Assembly: GCA_963842085.1 (NCBI GenBank)
Contig: CAWJET010000001.1
Coordinates: forward strand, 480,001-544,000
DNA from: an uncultured delta proteobacterium
GTDB taxonomy: Bacteria > Desulfobacterota > Binatia > Binatales > Binataceae
DNA: 64,000 bases
Direction: 5' to 3'
Part shown: piece after piece, positions 43,143-53,340 of the stretch
Layout of the letters: each line of letters opens with the position of its first letter
Position numbering within the stretch: the first letter of the stretch is position 1
Made by a program: the position numbers and the translations under genes
The notes under the pieces: model-generated
Told to the model about the DNA's origin: nothing
Database searches by the model: none
The model's input: only the letters and a program-made list of their open reading frames with translations

Positions 43143-44807
43143 CTAATCCGCCAGCAGCCGCTGTTGCGCGTCCCACTCGATCGGAACACTGGCTTGCGTC
43201 TTGAGACGCTCGGCCGAGAGGCAGACGCTTTGTCGCCCGGCGCAGATGGATTCCACGATCGATGGGGCGAGCAATGCGAGCGGCACCAGATGGCGCACAT
43301 AGCTGTCGCTCACACCTTCTCGGGCTGCGATCTGTGTGGTCGACACCGCAGTTCCAGCCGCCAGTTCACCGAACCACTGGTAGCCGCGGCACAACGCTCG
43401 CAACAGGGAGGGATCTGTCCGAGGTACTGCGACCTTTTCTCCCCGGATTACCAGCCGGGTCTCGATGCCACGCCGTCTCATCTGCAGTGGGACAAAACGG
43501 GTCATTCGGAGGTTGGCTCCGCTCGCGGGGAATCGATCGGATGGGAGAAGCGCTCGGAGATCGACTGTGATCTGCATCCCATCCCGCTTCAACTCCACTC
43601 GCTCGAGCGGCGTGCTGGTCTCCGATTCCGCTTCGGTCTGTTCAGATGATTTGATCCTCGACCCGATTACCTCGACCGCCTGCTTGAGTTCCGCGGCAGC
43701 AAAACCGCAGGCTCTAAGGGTTGATGCCAGCGCGCCGCGATCCGAGAGGATCTGTCGTATGCCGGCCATCACTGCCAGTTCAGTACGCTCAGCGGGCAGG
43801 CGCCACCCGCGGTCATCCGGCTTACCCCTGACCAGTCTCTTGGAGACCAAATAACGGTAGCGCCGCTGTCCTTTTTTCGCCCAGCAGGAATAGAGCGGCT
43901 CGCCGCTCTGATCGAATAGTTTGCCCATGAGGAGGCCAGGGCTTCTTCTGACCGTTCTTCCCCGCGGGTGAGCGGCTTTCTTGCTCAGCATCTCCTGAAC
44001 CCGCAGCCAGGTCGCTCTCTCGATTATCGCCTCATGCTGGCCCGGATAGGTGACGTCCTTATGCCGGATTTCGCCCAGGTAGATCGGGTTGGCCAGCTGG
44101 TGATAAAGCGCGCCGCGTCCGAAGGGGAAACCGCCGTGCCGCACATTTCCTCTCGACACCCATTGCTTCGAGATGATCGACCTGCGGTCCAGTTCCTCTC
44201 TCACCCGGCGCAGAGTCTTGAGCTCAATATAGAGCCGGAATATCAAACGCACCGTCTTAGCTTCGGCTTCGTTTACCACCAGACGACGATCGCGCAGGTC
44301 GTAGCCCAGCGGCGGCATGCCTCCCATCCACATCCCTTTCTGCTTGGAAGCAGCGATCTTGTCGCGGATGCGCTCGCCGGTTACTTCGCGTTCGAACTGG
44401 GCAAACGACAGCAGCACGTTTAAGGTCAATCGGCCCATCGACGTGGTGGTGTTGAATTGCTGCGTAACCGCAACAAACGACACTCCGTAGGCATCGAAGA
44501 TTTCCACGATCTTCGCGAAGTCGGCCAGAGAACGGGTGAGGCGGTCTACCTTATAGACCACGACCACGTCGATGCGCTTTTCCTTGACGTGGGCGAGCAG
44601 GGCTTTCAGGGCTGGTCGATCCATGGTCGCGCCGGAAAATCCGCCGTCGTCGTACCCCGTTTTAACCAGCCGCCAGCCCTCGCCGGCCTGACTCTTGACG
44701 AAGGCTTCGCAAGCCTGGCGCTGCGCATGGAGCGAATTGAAGTTCTGTTCCAGCCCTTCCTCGGAAGACTTTCGGGTGTAGATTGCACAGCGCTTGGGAG
44801 CCGTCAC
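43143..44807 (-). CDS. Large serine recombinase (LSR2)
   Basis: CAIYTRKS, VYKVDRLTRS and WMGGMPPLGY. Confidence 0.95.
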   Translation of the reverse strand: MTAPKRCAIYTRKSSEEGLEQNFNSLHAQRQACEAFVKSQAGEGWRLVKTGYDDGGFSGATMDRPALKALLAHVKEKRIDVVVVYKVDRLTRSLADFAKIVEIFDAYGVSFVAVTQQFNTTTSMGRLTLNVLLSFAQFEREVTGERIRDKIAASKQKGMWMGGMPPLGYDLRDRRLVVNEAEAKTVRLIFRLYIELKTLRRVREELDRRSIISKQWVSRGNVRHGGFPFGRGALYHQLANPIYLGEIRHKDVTYPGQHEAIIERATWLRVQEMLSKKAAHPRGRTVRRSPGLLMGKLFDQSGEPLYSCWAKKGQRRYRYLVSKRLVRGKPDDRGWRLPAERTELAVMAGIRQILSDRGALASTLRACGFAAAELKQAVEVIGSRIKSSEQTEAESETSTPLERVELKRDGMQITVDLRALLPSDRFPASGANLRMTRFVPLQMRRRGIETRLVIRGEKVAVPRTDPSLLRALCRGYQWFGELAAGTAVSTTQIAAREGVSDSYVRHLVPLALLAPSIVESICAGRQSVCLSAERLKTQASVPIEWDAQQRLLAD

Positions 44808-45286
44808 TTCGAGCCATGACTCGCCTCCCGTCCCTTGCCGCGCAGACCGAAGAACTGTGGCCCGTTCCAGTGTGCGCCGGTGATCAGCTGAGCGACCTCA
44901 GTGAGCGAGCGGTAGCGCTTTCGTTTGTACAGAACTCCCCGATCGAGCACCCTCACCTCGTGAGTGACGCCGTGCCACTCGCGTATCAAGACTGTTCCTG
45001 CCGGCGCTGAAGCGGCAGGTTCAAGTTTGAACGGCCGTCCCGACCGCGCCTCGTTGGCGAGGCGAATCAACAGTCTTCTGGTGGAGGGTTTGAGCCCTCC
45101 GTGGACTTGCTCCTGGATTCGATACGCTACGGCGCGGGTTAGCAGTTCGCGGCTGATGCGATGCGGCGGCTGGGAGCCGTAGAGCTCCCTCCACTGCTCC
45201 TTAAGCTCGGCGATCGAAGATGATCTCAAGGAAGCGAGTCGCTGCGGGATCGTCTCCGCCGATTTTGTAAACCTCTCATGCTGCAT
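44804..45286 (-). CDS. DUF2924 protein
   Basis: AVAYRIQE, GTVLIREWHG and ITGAHWNGPQFFGL. Confidence 0.92.
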   Translation of the reverse strand: MQHERFTKSAETIPQRLASLRSSSIAELKEQWRELYGSQPPHRISRELLTRAVAYRIQEQVHGGLKPSTRRLLIRLANEARSGRPFKLEPAASAPAGTVLIREWHGVTHEVRVLDRGVLYKRKRYRSLTEVAQLITGAHWNGPQFFGLRGKGREASHGSK

Positions 45287-45488
45287 GTGTGCCCTGCCTC
45301 CTCTCGGGCAGTCACACACATTGCTCTGGTGCGCTTCCGAAGCCAGTTAGGACGCACTCGTCGCATTCGCCTTCCCATCGCCTTCCATCGTTCAGCGGGT
45401 CTCACTAAATGAGCGCTCATCGCTCGCTTCGTACGCGCAACAGAGCAAGCATGCGTGGCCAGCCGATACGGCTGAAGGAGACCGAGAA

Positions 45489-45728
45489 ATGGAACACGCA
45501 AAATTGGCAAACGCCGAAAAGAATGAGCCGGTAAACATCAAGTCTGCACGAGCGCCACGGAAGAAGACCGAGCGTAAGCCCAAAGCGGAGAAGCTCGTGT
45601 GCCGCTACTGCGGCAGTAACGATCTGGCTCCGAGCTTCATCAAACGACGTGATCGCCGGTGTCGGAAGTGTTTCAGCAAGCGTTATGGTTCGGCGGCGCG
45701 GGCGAAGAAGACGAAGATCAAGAAGTAG
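45489..45728 (+). CDS. Small basic zinc-ribbon protein
   Basis: CRYC..CRKC, Lys-rich; AAGGAG RBS; followed by a terminator. Confidence 0.65.
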   Translation: MEHAKLANAEKNEPVNIKSARAPRKKTERKPKAEKLVCRYCGSNDLAPSFIKRRDRRCRKCFSKRYGSAARAKKTKIKK

Positions 45729-45744
45729 CGCCAAGAGCGGTAAC

Positions 45745-45782
45745 GAGGGATCGGGCGCTCATACGCTCGGTCCCTTTTCTTT
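45745..45782 (+). terminator. Intrinsic terminator
   Basis: AGGGATCGGGCG..CGCTCGGTCCCT hairpin followed by a T-rich tail. Confidence 0.7.
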
Positions 45783-45832
45783 CTCCGTTTACCCCCTCCG
45801 CTGGTGTCTGTTCCAATCCGCCAGAGAAAGTC

Positions 45833-45918
45833 GACTGAGGGTTCGAAATGACTGCGCTCCGCCGTCCAGTCTGGCATCTTTCCATAGATTTTGGAGAAGC
45901 GATGAAATCGGCGCGTGG
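45833..45918 (+). repeat. tRNA-3'-like motif + arm B
   Basis: GACTGAGGGTTCGAAATGACTGCGCTCCGCCGTCCAGTC, then sequence resembling 42884-42934. Confidence 0.7.
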
Positions 45919-45945
45919 GGTTGCAACGCGGTGTCCTCACACCCC

Positions 45946-48723
45946 TCAGCGGCACCTACCCGTATCGCGCTGCTTCGGTCGGTTGTTCGCGAAATCACTA
46001 ATGTCTCGTGAACCGGAGCGCAGGAAATCCAGGAAGTCGACGTTCTTATATTTGCAGGTCTCACACACGCTCAACAAGACTAGAAAATCGCCAAGGCCCT
46101 TCTCCGTGGTTGTTCCTTCGATCACGCGGCGGAGCGTTGCGAAGGCTTTGATGGCGTGCTCTGCATTGTTGTTGTTCCAAGGTACGTCGTCGAAACCCAG
46201 AAAGGTGAACATCGTGTTGCGGTTCTTCTGCAAGCGTTCGATGATTTTTCTCGCCGCTTCGCCAGCACCAAATTCGCTGGTGAGGCGCTTGTAAAAGCGA
46301 TCGACAAAGATTCGGTGCTTTCCCAGAAATCGCTTCTTCAGGCCATGCCGGTCCACCGTCTCTATCATCGGCTTGACCAAGCTGGCAAAAGCTCCGACGA
46401 GCCTTTTGAGCTGGTCGTCGTAAGGATGCTTCAGTAGCTCGTCGTTTACGTCACGGATGAAGTGAATCAGGCATTTCTGCTGGAAGCACCGAACGGCATT
46501 GTAAGCGGCATAGAAATCCGACACCAGGACCCCCGAAAAATCCTTGAGCATCTCCTGCATGGTGTCCCCAGCCCGGGTCGCGGTATAAAAATAAGCCACC
46601 TCCTCCAGGCTAGCGAGAACCCAGACATAGCCTTCCCTGCCTTTGACGCCAATACTTGTCTCATCGACATGCAGCAAGCGACCGCTGCACAGCCTTTTCA
46701 AGATCAGGCTGTAGGTGCCTTCGTAGGTTTGCGCAGCCGCAGCCTTGAATTGGTTTGTCGTGTTCCGTGAGATGTGCAAACCGAACAATTGTTTTACGCT
46801 GCGGGCAATACGAATCTGTGGAAGCTGCAGGTCGATATTTTGGTATATCGTGTACGCGACAAGATTAGGACCGTACTTGCGGATGGGCAGCTGCCGATCG
46901 GGCGAGTAGAAGGTGCTTCGGCAGGATGGACATCGGTAGCGTTTGACGATGTAACGAGTTACCCACCGCTTTACCCCGTGCTGCATAAATCGAAGGTCGA
47001 TGACAGTCTGGGTTCTCTTGCCATGCGCATAAACCAGCTTCGATTTGCAGGTCGGGCAAGACGAGGGTCGCGGGTATTCGACTGTGGTGTTAGGTACGAG
47101 CACGCGTCGGCGCGTAGCGCATGGTCCTCGTTTGTGTCTCGAGGCACGGTTCGACTTCACATAGACTCGTTCACGCTGGTAATCCCAATATGCGGCCTTA
47201 TTGATGGTTTCCATTTCCGGAAGGACAAATTCGTTTCTTCCGAACCCGTACAGGTTTTCGCCCTTCATATTGGATGTAAGAACCAATTCTCCCTGCGCCG
47301 ATTTGCCCTCACGGGCCGCGACGCGATGCAGGTCGACCAGTCTGTTCGCTAAGAGCTCGAGGGCTTCGCAGTCTTGCCGATTATAGTCGAGTAGGGTCTG
47401 CTTCACGGCGGGGTCCCCGGATACCTCCCATCGATGCCGCCAAACGATCGTTTCGGAGCCCGACCTTAGCGAGCCCGACCATCGGAATCCGAGGTGTCCA
47501 GCGATTTCCTTCAATCCATTGGAGTACGTCGGGAAATAGATCTGTGCGTAAATGAATGAGAGAAGGTTTGTTGAATGATCGACTGCCGCCGCTGCTGGCG
47601 AATCTGCTTGTGGACCGCCGTATCGTTCGCGCATCCGTTTCAGAAAAGTGGTCTCATAGCTGCCGTAGTGGATTAGATGTGGATTCGTGATGGCCGAAAG
47701 AACGGCGAGGAAATCGTTCCATATCAGCCTTTCCGTTTTTGTATTGTCGGCCCAGAAACTGTGTTGAACGCTTCCTTCGGGTGCTTGGACACGCATCCCG
47801 ATCAGGTAGTAGAAATCACGGTCGGGCAGCCCTTCGACATCCAGAAAGACGAGAGTGCCCTCGAAGTTTGGAGCCGGAATGTCGACCGCGTGGATCTTGT
47901 TCTCACGGATTGCCAGCGCCTGCAAGGAATAATGATGTTTCTCTTGCTTGCCCCTCGAGTTCCTGCGGCGTCGGCGCGGACGAAATGTGTGGGACAGTTG
48001 GGTGACCGTGAAGATGCCCTTGTCGTGGAGCCTCTTGCGATCCTTCGCCGACATGCCTGACAGGAGACTGAGTTCGTCCTTTTCTCTAGCCTGCACCCGG
48101 CACCGAGTTTGGAACTCGCACTGGCCGCAGTGTCGATTCAGCACAAGGTCCGGCGGTGAATTGCGGGCCAAGAGTGCGGTGATGTCTTCGATCCGCTTTC
48201 GCACTTCAGTGGCGAAGCCGAGTGTGTTCACCTTTAGCACGGCGTGTTTGTCGCCATGCACTATCTTGCCCAGTTTTACATCGCGTCCAACCACCTCCGA
48301 CAACAAGAGTGCATCGAACGTGACTAGCAGCTTATGTTCCTTGGTAAGTTTGTTGGCGAATTCGAACCGATGAGCGATGAACTGGGCACGTCCGCCGCGG
48401 TCCTTAGCGGGTAGTCTCTCAACAGCCTGTAAGGAAGATTCCAGATCTCTTGTTCTCCAGCGCACATCGACGGCGAGGCGCCAGGTCAGATCCTTGGCAT
48501 TTTCTGGAATCGGCGGCGCGGTCATGCGGTCACTCTCGGAAGGGGATTGGAGCAAACGTTTGAGGCTGTCTCGGAGATATGTCTCCTTTTGCGCGCGAAT
48601 CCACTCTGCATAAACATTCGCGGTGGCCGGTTCGCCGCGTGAGCGGAGCCAGCACTTGGTAGAACATTCGAGATAGCTCTCGAATAGCTGGGAGCTGATG
48701 AGCGAAGCCCCCGTGTTCACCAC
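45946..48723 (-). CDS. TM0106/Cas4-like nuclease + exonuclease fused to an IS66-family DDE transposase
   Basis: YLECSTKCW; HCGQCEFQTRC; FLDVEG..HYGSYE..YNRQDC; CPTC/CPSC; LHVDET, SDFYAAY, QKCLIH and NNNAEHAIK. Start near 48720. Confidence 0.85.
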   Translation of the reverse strand: MVNTGASLISSQLFESYLECSTKCWLRSRGEPATANVYAEWIRAQKETYLRDSLKRLLQSPSESDRMTAPPIPENAKDLTWRLAVDVRWRTRDLESSLQAVERLPAKDRGGRAQFIAHRFEFANKLTKEHKLLVTFDALLLSEVVGRDVKLGKIVHGDKHAVLKVNTLGFATEVRKRIEDITALLARNSPPDLVLNRHCGQCEFQTRCRVQAREKDELSLLSGMSAKDRKRLHDKGIFTVTQLSHTFRPRRRRRNSRGKQEKHHYSLQALAIRENKIHAVDIPAPNFEGTLVFLDVEGLPDRDFYYLIGMRVQAPEGSVQHSFWADNTKTERLIWNDFLAVLSAITNPHLIHYGSYETTFLKRMRERYGGPQADSPAAAAVDHSTNLLSFIYAQIYFPTYSNGLKEIAGHLGFRWSGSLRSGSETIVWRHRWEVSGDPAVKQTLLDYNRQDCEALELLANRLVDLHRVAAREGKSAQGELVLTSNMKGENLYGFGRNEFVLPEMETINKAAYWDYQRERVYVKSNRASRHKRGPCATRRRVLVPNTTVEYPRPSSCPTCKSKLVYAHGKRTQTVIDLRFMQHGVKRWVTRYIVKRYRCPSCRSTFYSPDRQLPIRKYGPNLVAYTIYQNIDLQLPQIRIARSVKQLFGLHISRNTTNQFKAAAAQTYEGTYSLILKRLCSGRLLHVDETSIGVKGREGYVWVLASLEEVAYFYTATRAGDTMQEMLKDFSGVLVSDFYAAYNAVRCFQQKCLIHFIRDVNDELLKHPYDDQLKRLVGAFASLVKPMIETVDRHGLKKRFLGKHRIFVDRFYKRLTSEFGAGEAARKIIERLQKNRNTMFTFLGFDDVPWNNNNAEHAIKAFATLRRVIEGTTTEKGLGDFLVLLSVCETCKYKNVDFLDFLRSGSRDISDFANNRPKQRDTGRCR

Positions 48724-48845
48724 ATCCCTAGCGGAGGCGTCCACGCCCTGACTCTCTAGACTTGGTGCGGACCAGTCAGGAGCGAACGGGAACTCTCCGG
48801 ATCGAACCAGGTGGGCGCGCCCAGCGATGCCCGGACCTCGGGCGC

Positions 48846-49787
48846 TCACTCTCCCTTGCTGCGGTGATCGTACGAGATGGAGTAAGCGGCCGATCGGGCC
48901 AGCAGAATCGGATCCGCCGAGAGATCGATGCCGTCGGTCAAGTTGGTGGGGTCGAACACCAGGCGGCGCTCGTCGGCGACGCTGATCGGAGAGAGGCCGG
49001 TCACCTCCAGCCGCCCCAGCTCGACCAGGGGCCGGTCTGTCGGCCACAAGGCGCTGACATCGTCCGTCGGATCGCCCTGCCCAGCCAATTGCAAGAGCAG
49101 GCGGAACACGACCGGACCGTTCCTCAGGCGGCTTTCCAGCTCCTCGCGCAGGAAATTCGTGCTGCGCGTGCTCGCATCATCAGGGGAGAGGTAGGCTTCA
49201 CCGGCCTCGGGTATCCAGCGATAGCGGCCGAATCGGCTGGTGCCATCCGCGGCAGTGAATTTAAAGGCGTGCTCCGCATAATAGCTGGCCCGCCCGTAGC
49301 TGGCCGGCACCGGTTTCCGCATCAGACACTCAATGAAGTCGCGCGTGGCGGGATGACTCTCGAGAAAGCGGGGGACCGCATCGGGTGCGGGCTTGCCGGT
49401 AGCCGGGTCGGGGAGTTGCGCGCGCAGGAACGCGAGAAACTCGTCAGGTGTCCGCGCGGGAAACCCTTCGATGTGGAGCGCCAGGATGTCTGCGTTCTTG
49501 CCATCGGGTAACTGAAATTTCACCGCCAGCGCGCGGGCGTTGGGGATGCCATCGTGTACGTCGGGATCCCCGCTCGAATTGGAGAAACGCACTACGGTTG
49601 GGACCGCTTGCCCTTGTAGATGAAGCGCGCGGCTCACAGCGCGCGCGCCTGCTGAAGCGCGAAACGTACCCGAGCAAACGATTCCCTTGGCGTGAACGGG
49701 ACGAAACCCCGGATGCGGGCCGGCTAGCGTCCGCATGGTCTCCACGAGTTGAGCAATAACGTTTGCTGATGCGGCAGATCCTGACAT
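48846..49787 (-). CDS. Catalase-related heme peroxidase (SrpA-like)
   Basis: RPVHAKG, VRFS and DPILLARSAAY. Confidence 0.9.
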   Translation of the reverse strand: MSGSAASANVIAQLVETMRTLAGPHPGFRPVHAKGIVCSGTFRASAGARAVSRALHLQGQAVPTVVRFSNSSGDPDVHDGIPNARALAVKFQLPDGKNADILALHIEGFPARTPDEFLAFLRAQLPDPATGKPAPDAVPRFLESHPATRDFIECLMRKPVPASYGRASYYAEHAFKFTAADGTSRFGRYRWIPEAGEAYLSPDDASTRSTNFLREELESRLRNGPVVFRLLLQLAGQGDPTDDVSALWPTDRPLVELGRLEVTGLSPISVADERRLVFDPTNLTDGIDLSADPILLARSAAYSISYDHRSKGE

Positions 49788-49837
49788 GGTGGGCCTCCTT
49801 CCTAGATGCGGCGATGTGCCTCAGTCGGTGGTCAGGC

Positions 49838-51364
49838 TTAACCAGCCTGGACAGCTCTCGCCATGGCGAGTTCGCTTTCCAGGCTCTCGCGGTCGCGTCC
49901 GATAGTGGCCACGGCGAGTGTCTTCCCGCCGCGCCGGAATGAGAGCTTACAGTCGTGCTCCTCGATGCTGCCGTCCAAATCCAGCCTGTCCCAAGTCTCG
50001 GCGTGACCAACGTAGTTGAGGGTAAAATCGTATTGAGTTGTCCAGAAGAACGGCACCGGATCGAACCGCTCGCGGCGGCCGAGTATGTTTCGCGCCGCCG
50101 TCTGTCCCTGGCGTTCAGCCACCACCCAGTGCTCGACGCGAATATGGTCCCCAGTCAGCGGATCGGGCCAGCGCGCGATATCTCCGGCTGCGTAAATCTG
50201 AGGAATGCTGGTCTCGAGGTACTCGTTCACCAACACGCCCTTGTCGGTCTTAATGCCAGCTCGCTCGGCAAGATCAATCAGCGGCCTGACGCCGATTCCG
50301 ATCACGACCAGGTCGGCCTCGATCGCGTTGCCGTCCTTGAGCACGACCCTTCGCTCGTCAATCGCGACAACACTCTGCTGCAGATGGAACACCACGCCGT
50401 TTCGTTCGTGCAGACGACGCAGATGTTCGCCCACCTGCGGTCCGAGAACTCTCTCCATCGGCACCCCCTCCGGCGCGACGATGTGGACCTGGAGCTTTCT
50501 GTGAATCAAAGAAGCCGCAACCTCCATCGCAATGAAGCTCGCGCCTACCAGCACGACGCGCCTGGCGTTGGCGGCCCTGCCAATAATCGCGCGGCAATCA
50601 CTCAGCGAGCGCAAGTAAGAAACCTGCGGCGAGTCCGCACCGGGAGTCTTCAGCTTCACTGGCTCAGCGCCTGTCGCCAGGAGCAACGCATCAAATTTGC
50701 GATTGCTGCCATCGGCGAGCTGGACTCCCTTCTTCCACGGATCGATCGCCGCAACCCGCGTATTCAGGAGCAGTTCGATCTGGTGCTCGCGATAGAAGTC
50801 CATCGAGCGAAGCGGGATCCATTCCTCGTTCGCAGTACCGGCTAGAAAATCTTTCGACAGATTCGGCCGGTCGTACGGAGTGGCGTCATCCGCGCTTATC
50901 ATAGTGACGCCGCCAGAATATCCGTCGCGCCGCAGCATCTCTGCCGCGGCGTTGGCTGCAGCGCCGCCGCCCACGATGATGACGTTTTCCGGCGCCTTCG
51001 CGGAAAGGGCCGGCCGTTTCTGCTCGGGCTGTTTTTCGCGGACGAAGAGCGTGCCGCCGCGCGTTTCAACCTTCCAGGAGCTGACCGGGTCAAGCGCCGG
51101 AGCGCGGAGCGCCTCGCCGGTGCGAAGACTGAAACAGGCGTGATGCCATGGGCATCGGACGATATCGCCGGCTATAAGGCCTTCGACCAATGGACCGCCA
51201 TAGTGGGTACAGGACGCGCCGATGGCGAGGTAGGCATCGCCGCGCCGAGCGACCAGGATCGCTTCGCCGTTGGCGTGGCCCTGCACCATGCCGCCGTCGG
51301 CGAACTCGCTGATGGAGACTCCCTCCGCAAAGTCGGGCCCGCTCAGTTTCTTTTCTTCGGCCAT
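49838..51364 (-). CDS. Rieske [2Fe-2S] + FAD/NAD ferredoxin reductase
   Basis: CTH..CPWH, IVGGGAA, PYDRPNLSK, LATG and AAGD. Confidence 0.93.
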   Translation of the reverse strand: MAEEKKLSGPDFAEGVSISEFADGGMVQGHANGEAILVARRGDAYLAIGASCTHYGGPLVEGLIAGDIVRCPWHHACFSLRTGEALRAPALDPVSSWKVETRGGTLFVREKQPEQKRPALSAKAPENVIIVGGGAAANAAAEMLRRDGYSGGVTMISADDATPYDRPNLSKDFLAGTANEEWIPLRSMDFYREHQIELLLNTRVAAIDPWKKGVQLADGSNRKFDALLLATGAEPVKLKTPGADSPQVSYLRSLSDCRAIIGRAANARRVVLVGASFIAMEVAASLIHRKLQVHIVAPEGVPMERVLGPQVGEHLRRLHERNGVVFHLQQSVVAIDERRVVLKDGNAIEADLVVIGIGVRPLIDLAERAGIKTDKGVLVNEYLETSIPQIYAAGDIARWPDPLTGDHIRVEHWVVAERQGQTAARNILGRRERFDPVPFFWTTQYDFTLNYVGHAETWDRLDLDGSIEEHDCKLSFRRGGKTLAVATIGRDRESLESELAMARAVQAG

Positions 51365-51626
51365 TGGTTCGCCGAATTTCTATTTTGACTCGTGATCAAT
51401 ACTCGCACCGGTACCGGCCGAACGCAACGAAGAAGTTTTGGCTCGGCCTCAGGGCGTAATGTGATTAGAATGGCGGTCGACGATCCTGACGGCGAACCTG
51501 AAGCGAGCTGAATGATTGGAGACCGTCCCGTTCAACTGCGACGATCTACCCGTCGATAACGATCTCGCCCTACAGCGCTTCGAGAGCGCGCGCAACATCA
51601 AGAAATCTACGCGAGAAGTCCGCTCA

Positions 51627-51666
51627 TTTCGCGGGGTTCAAATCCGCCCCTCTCCGCCACCGAGTC
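51627..51666 (+). repeat. tRNA-Ser-3'-like motif
   Basis: GGGGTTCAAATCCGCCCCTCTCCGCCACCGAGTC. Confidence 0.8.
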
Positions 51667-51860
51667 CCCCCCTTGCCGAACCAGAGGCGGCGGCGGACCT
51701 GAGAAGTTCTCGTCCGATTGATCGACCGAGGACCGGTTCCCTTGATTCGAAGCGTAGCGAATGGTTCGATTTGTCGCTCGCCGGCCGATTTGATAGTGCG
51801 TGATTTTGAAAATACGAAACTCGGCGGTAGGTTGCTGCAAACCACAGAAGAGGTAGCACA

Positions 51861-52343
51861 ATGATTCTCACGATAATCCCCAGCAAGGAACAGGATCTCC
51901 AACTCGCCGGGATTGCGGCCACCGCAATATGCGGCGCCGGCCTAACGCAGCCCTTTCCGGGGGGCCTACCATCGCGCGGCGACGTGGCGGACGGAGGTTC
52001 GCTGGAAGTCATGTGCGATCCGGCCAACGCTCCCCGGGTAAGGGCAGGATTCGTAGGTGCCGGATTCGATACGATCGAAAGAGTCGCCGATCCTGAAATT
52101 CCGCCGAAGACGAATGTCGTGACTATCGCAGTAGGGCCGGAAAATCAGGAGTATCTACAAATGGCGGATCCGGCCGCCGATGCGCTTTGCGGTGCAGGAC
52201 TCACGGTGGCTTACGCCGACGGCCGATCATACTCGGGAGATTTGTCCTCCGACGCGACGGTCAATGTGCAATGCGATCAAACCGACGCCCCAGTCGTCCA
52301 GCAGGCTTTCGCCGCAGTATGGCAAATGCTCCAGTCTGACTAG
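51861..52343 (+). CDS. Acidic hypothetical protein with an internal duplication
   Basis: Two units containing CGAGLT..GD..V.CD; GAGG RBS. Confidence 0.6.
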   Translation: MILTIIPSKEQDLQLAGIAATAICGAGLTQPFPGGLPSRGDVADGGSLEVMCDPANAPRVRAGFVGAGFDTIERVADPEIPPKTNVVTIAVGPENQEYLQMADPAADALCGAGLTVAYADGRSYSGDLSSDATVNVQCDQTDAPVVQQAFAAVWQMLQSD

Positions 52344-53007
52344 GATGATTCGGGCGCGCGGGCGGCTGTTGTATCTAACTTAGGATCGAATTCGTCGGTC
52401 CGATCGTGTGTGTGGGGCGAATTACTGATTTCCCCAGAATCAGCAATTCGCCACCCACAGGTGATTTGCAGCGCGATCCGATCACGCCTTCAGGCCCCAC
52501 GCAAAGTCTTTTTCTCGAATCCATACTGGCGTCCTCTGGCCGGTTGAAAGCGATCGCGAGCGAACATTCGTTGTTGCCGCCAGCTACGGCCGCCGATCCG
52601 GCGAGCGGCAAAGGAACCGGCCCGCTGGATTCGGCGGCCAAGGAAGAGCTCGAGCGCGAGGCCCTCGCGAAATTTCTCGGTCCGGTAGCGGAATCGATGC
52701 GGCGGCAAGAGGGCGCTACTCACGCCGCAGCCGCTCTAGCGCGGCCGGCCGGGTCTCGCGGCATCTTCCTGTTCTGGTTAGTGATCGCACTCTCGGCCGG
52801 TGCGATCATCGCGGCCCTCGCAACAAAGTAAGCGGCACGATTTCGATCGCCACTGCCAGTCCCTGAAATCCAAGACTTGGCTTGCCGGTAACTTGCGCCA
52901 GTGAAAGTCTGACGATCTAGCGGCGCATGGCCGGCCCGATCGCTTCCCCCAAAGAAGCGAAAGAAGCAAACGGAGAATGGACCCGTTCCGTCGGAGGAGG
53001 ACTACGG

Positions 53008-53340
53008 ATGTCAAACCGTTCCGAGGCTTTGCCGACCCAGCTGGAGAGCATCAAGTATCTGAGCGAACTAGCCTTGGAATTGCGTGTCTCGTGGGACCAT
53101 TCGACGGACGACATTTGGCGCAAACTCGATCCTGATCTGTGGAGTCTGACGCGAAATCCCACCCTGGTGCTGCACGCCACAGCGGAGACCAAGCTGAGAG
53201 AACTGGCTGGCGAAACGGAGTTCCGACATCGTATCGAGGATTTCGTGCTGGCGCGTCGGCAGTATTCGCATTCACCCGGATGGTATCAGTTTGCCCATCA
53301 AGGCGCGCCCCTTACGCACGTCGCGTACTTCAGTATGGAG
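53008..53340 (+). pseudogene. glgP: Alpha-glucan phosphorylase N-terminal fragment cut by the IS
   Basis: LSELALELRVSWDH..DPDLW..NP..VAYFSME, ending at the IS boundary. Confidence 0.85.

Larger units (their letters stand above)
42882..45864. mobile_element. About 3-kb minimal LSR/DUF2924 island between two tRNA-3'-like motifs
   Basis: Flanked by GGTTCGAA..CGCTCCGCC at 42857-42880 and 45840-45863, same orientation and spacing. Confidence 0.7.

Noticed and set aside
48724-49047. N-terminal extension of the 1033-aa ORF
   Set aside because: It overlaps the catalase gene in another frame; family-like sequence starts near 48720.
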